Shown here: in pieces, positions 17,263-20,000 of the stretch | Layout of the letters: each line of letters starts with the position of its first letter | Position numbering within the stretch: position 1 is the stretch's first letter | Virus record (IMG/VR): IMGVR_UViG_3300020166_000018 | Source of the DNA: an uncultured virus (IMG/VR IMGVR_UViG_3300020166_000018) | Lineage: Duplodnaviria; Heunggongvirae; Uroviricota; Caudoviricetes | Length of the DNA: 20,000 nucleotides | Direction: 5' to 3' (one strand) | The notes under the pieces: model-generated | Told to the model about the DNA's origin: nothing | What the model saw: only the letters and a program-made list of their open reading frames with translations | Database searches by the model: none | Program-made: the position numbers and the translations under genes

Positions 17263-19366
17263 ATGCCTTTAATAGATCTAAAAACCGACCTTAAATCACT
17301 AAGATTTAAATCTGCCGACACTCCTGGTGATAGACCTGGTGGTGGGTGGAGTTATCAACCTTTTGTTACTAAAAACAAAGATTATTTAGATAATGTATCG
17401 ATTGAGGATCTAAGACGTACTGGTGGTAAAGATATGCTTTTAAGAGGAGGTACTCTTGTTCCTAAAAGTATATTTGAAGATGAAGAAAGACTAAGTAAAT
17501 TTTTATTTACTACTCCAGCAGGATTTATCTTTCAAACCCAACAAAACCTACTTTCAATTACAGGTGTTAGAGTATTTGGTGGTTACCCAAACCAAGTAAG
17601 AGCAGCTAATATTAATAAAGCAAATGATGGTACATATTTACCTACTTCTACATTAGCAGCTGTTGCAGGTACTGCTCTTGGGTTCCACCCTAACAAACAA
17701 GGAATAGATTTTACAGGAACCTCTGATCTTTTATCTCGTCCTCAATATTTAAATTTAATAAAAGGAGGAGTTTTTAATACTGGTAACTCTGAAGGGATAT
17801 CAAAAGTTGCAAATAATAGATTATTTAATCTTTATTCTAATAAAATAGTAGGCTTACCTATTACTGCCTTAGCACTTTCAAGTGGTAATGCTAATACAGG
17901 CCCTTTAGCACAATTCCTACTTAATAATAAGTTAATTAGAGGTGTTGCTAATTTTGTAGATAAAAATATAGGTAACCCTGAAAACTTATATGCTTATTTA
18001 GGAGGCCCTCAAGCAACTGAAGGCCCTGCAGGTAAAACTATCATTAAAATAGGTGGTGATTCTCCTTCAAGACAATATACAGGTGATGTATTAATAGGTA
18101 ATAATATTTTTACTACAAATAGAGCATCACAAAATTCAGCTTTAAAGTTCTCTACACTATCTCAAACCCAACTAGCTACTTATCCTGCTATTGGGGATGG
18201 TTCTACTTACAATACAGTTACAGATTTTAGAGATAATCTACAAGCTAAACCAAATTCATTTATTGCTAAATCTCTCCCATATGAAAAATATAACATTGAA
18301 CAAAGAGTTAATTTAGGAGACCCAGGAAGAAGAACAGTAAATAGAAGTAACCCTACAAAAGGTATACCTAGTAATGCTAAAGGTTTAGACCAAATCAATT
18401 CAATGTACTTATATCAAAGTGACGTTGTTACTACTGATAAACGTAAAAATGATTTAATTAAATTTAGAATAGCTACTATATTAAACGATAATCCTAGTCA
18501 ATCTATATTTACTCATTTTAGAGCATATATAAATTCATTTACAGATACTATGAATGCTAGCTGGAATAGTTTTAAATACTCGGGTAGAGGAGAAGACTTT
18601 TATACATATCAAGGTTTTCAAAATAGCATTTCAATGGGTTTTACAGTAGTAGCCCAGTCAGTACAGGAACTTTCTATTATGTTCCAAAAGTTAAATTACC
18701 TAAAATCAACTTTAGCCCCTGATTACTCAGATAGTGGCTATATGAGAGGTAATATTCATAAATTAACAATGGGTGCTTATTTTTATGAAGTTCCAGGTAT
18801 AATAGATTCTTTAACTTATACAGTTCCAAATGATACAACTTGGGATATTGCTATCCCTTCACAACCATCAGGCATACAAGATACATTATTAGGGGGAATT
18901 AATGTTAGAACCCCTCAAGTAAAAGAATTACCTCATAGAATAGAGGTACAAATGTCATTTAAACCTATTTATGATTTCTTACCCGAAACTGTAACAAGTA
19001 AAAGAATTACCTCATAGAATAGAGGTACAAATGTCATTTAAACCTATTTATGATTTCTTACCCGAAACTGTAAAAGATATAGAAGCTAGAGGAGCAAATA
19101 TGACTCAAAGATTTATTACTTTACAAGACTCTACAAGCAAATCATCAAATAATTTATATGCTGATGAAATTAGTGATGATTTTAGAGTAAATGACGCTAA
19201 TCAACAAGCTGCAAAAACCACCACAGCCGAACCAGTAGCACCTACTCAAAACCAAGATCCACTCCCAATATATGGTCCGCCTCGCCCCCCAGAAAATAAT
19301 TTTACAGCAGATTTTACCCAACGGCCAAACCCCCTAATGGATATATTTAATCAACCTATAGAATAA
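17263..19366 (+). CDS. Probable baseplate / tube-initiator-like structural protein (~674 aa), split into 17263..19017 and 19031..19366 by a 79-bp duplication
   Basis: C-terminal region FRAYINSFTDTMNASWNSFKYSGRGEDFYTYQGF...LAPDY...GIIDSLTY...ELPHRIEVQMSFKPI resembles tube-like baseplate proteins. Removing one repeat copy joins both ORFs in one frame (2104-79 = 2025 nt). Confidence 0.65.
18916..19073 (+). repeat. Tandem direct repeat, 2 x 79 bp, frameshifting
   Basis: 18916-18994 and 18995-19073 are identical (caagtaaaagaattacc...cccgaaactgtaa). Confidence 0.95.
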
Positions 19367-19665
19367 TGAATAGATATAGAACAATACCAACCAATAGAAC
19401 ATTAGATGGTACCAGACTGTATAAAACGGTTAAATACCCGCTTATTCCCCGCACAGAAAACGATATATATGTTATTACTGTTGAGGAGGATAGATACGAT
19501 AGGTTAGCCCAGCAATACTATAATGATTCTTCATTATGGTGGGTTGTCTCTACAGCAAATGCTGAATACGCTCAAGGTTCTCTTTATCCTCCTATTGGAG
19601 TACAGTTAAGAATACCTGGGAATTTAAATAATATTTTAGTAGCTTACAATGCTTTAAATAAATAA
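19366..19665 (+). CDS. LysM-like baseplate wedge protein (gp53 / tail X-like)
   Basis: YVITVEEDRYDRLAQQYYNDSSLWWVVSTAN...GVQLRIP is the usual phage baseplate LysM-like pattern. Confidence 0.8.
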   Translation: MNRYRTIPTNRTLDGTRLYKTVKYPLIPRTENDIYVITVEEDRYDRLAQQYYNDSSLWWVVSTANAEYAQGSLYPPIGVQLRIPGNLNNILVAYNALNK

Positions 19666-19668
19666 GTT

Positions 19669-20000
19669 ATGGGGAACATAGTAGGAGAAGATCATTTACT
19701 TTATGTAAAAAATCAAATCAAAGATAGACAAAAAATCCTCGGTAAAAATCTTAAAACTAATGAGGATATAGTTTGGGCTAATAACAAGGGTGGTTGGTGT
19801 CGTTTAATGTCTTCAATTAATATATCTGATCAAGATGTTATACGGGGTATAACCCCGATACCGATGAAACTGTTTTAGTTTCAGATAGCGGTTCTGAATT
19901 TAGAAACCAATATTTAGACCTTCAAGATTATGGGGGTCCTATGTTAGCCCAAGAATTAATTCTTCAAGGTGGTATTTTAAATTATGATGAACCTAGGGGG
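19669..20000 (+). CDS. Probable baseplate structural protein, 3' truncated, with a frameshift at ~19844-19847
   Basis: The tracked ORF stops at TAG 19878, but the -1 frame from 19848 (YNPDTDETVLVSDSGSEFRNQYLDLQDYGGPMLAQELILQGGILNYDEPRG) is open to the window end. Product inferred from position only. Confidence 0.55.

Noticed and set aside
18207..18398. 63-aa minus-strand ORF
   Set aside because: Antisense to a long structural gene, with no independent support.
10919..19073. Duplications as DGR template/variable repeats
   Set aside because: They are adjacent tandem copies without adenine-specific mismatches, and no reverse transcriptase is in the window.
5704..19878. TAG stop-codon reassignment
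   Set aside because: Long genes contain no internal TAG/TGA. At the three TAG sites the protein continues in a different frame, not by read-through.
11755..20000. Bacterial extracellular contractile injection system or tailocin instead of a phage
   Set aside because: Not formally excluded because no capsid or terminase gene is in view, but the T4-like sheath/tube/chaperone set, tape measure, repeated late-type motif and phage-type oxygenase favour a myophage.

Overview
All real genes lie on the + strand of an AT-rich segment from the virion (late) region of a contractile-tailed dsDNA phage. The left half (1-11437) begins with a very long collagen-like fibre gene. It is open from the window edge to 4274 (>=1423 aa; the ORF track shows only its last 420 aa) and has an internal PA14 domain and a C-terminal LamG/ConA-like domain. 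A tightly coupled cassette of protein-modifying enzymes follows: a GT4 + GT25 (COLGALT-like) + PLOD-like lysyl hydroxylase gene split by one frameshift, a second 2OG-Fe(II) oxygenase, two paralogous putative glycosyltransferases, and a GT4 + TibC/Aah-like heptosyltransferase fusion. Together these look like a phage-encoded, animal-style collagen hydroxylation/glycosylation system next to its likely substrate, which is the main finding. The right half (11453-20000) is a tail module: sheath, tube, a probable assembly chaperone with a candidate +1 frameshift, tape measure and baseplate genes. It carries a recurring ATATTTAT(A/T) upstream motif and one clear terminator. Two tandem duplications (135 and 79 bp) and two frameshifts at GGGGT runs are probably assembly or sequencing artefacts. 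All family calls come from motif recognition by eye, not database searches.
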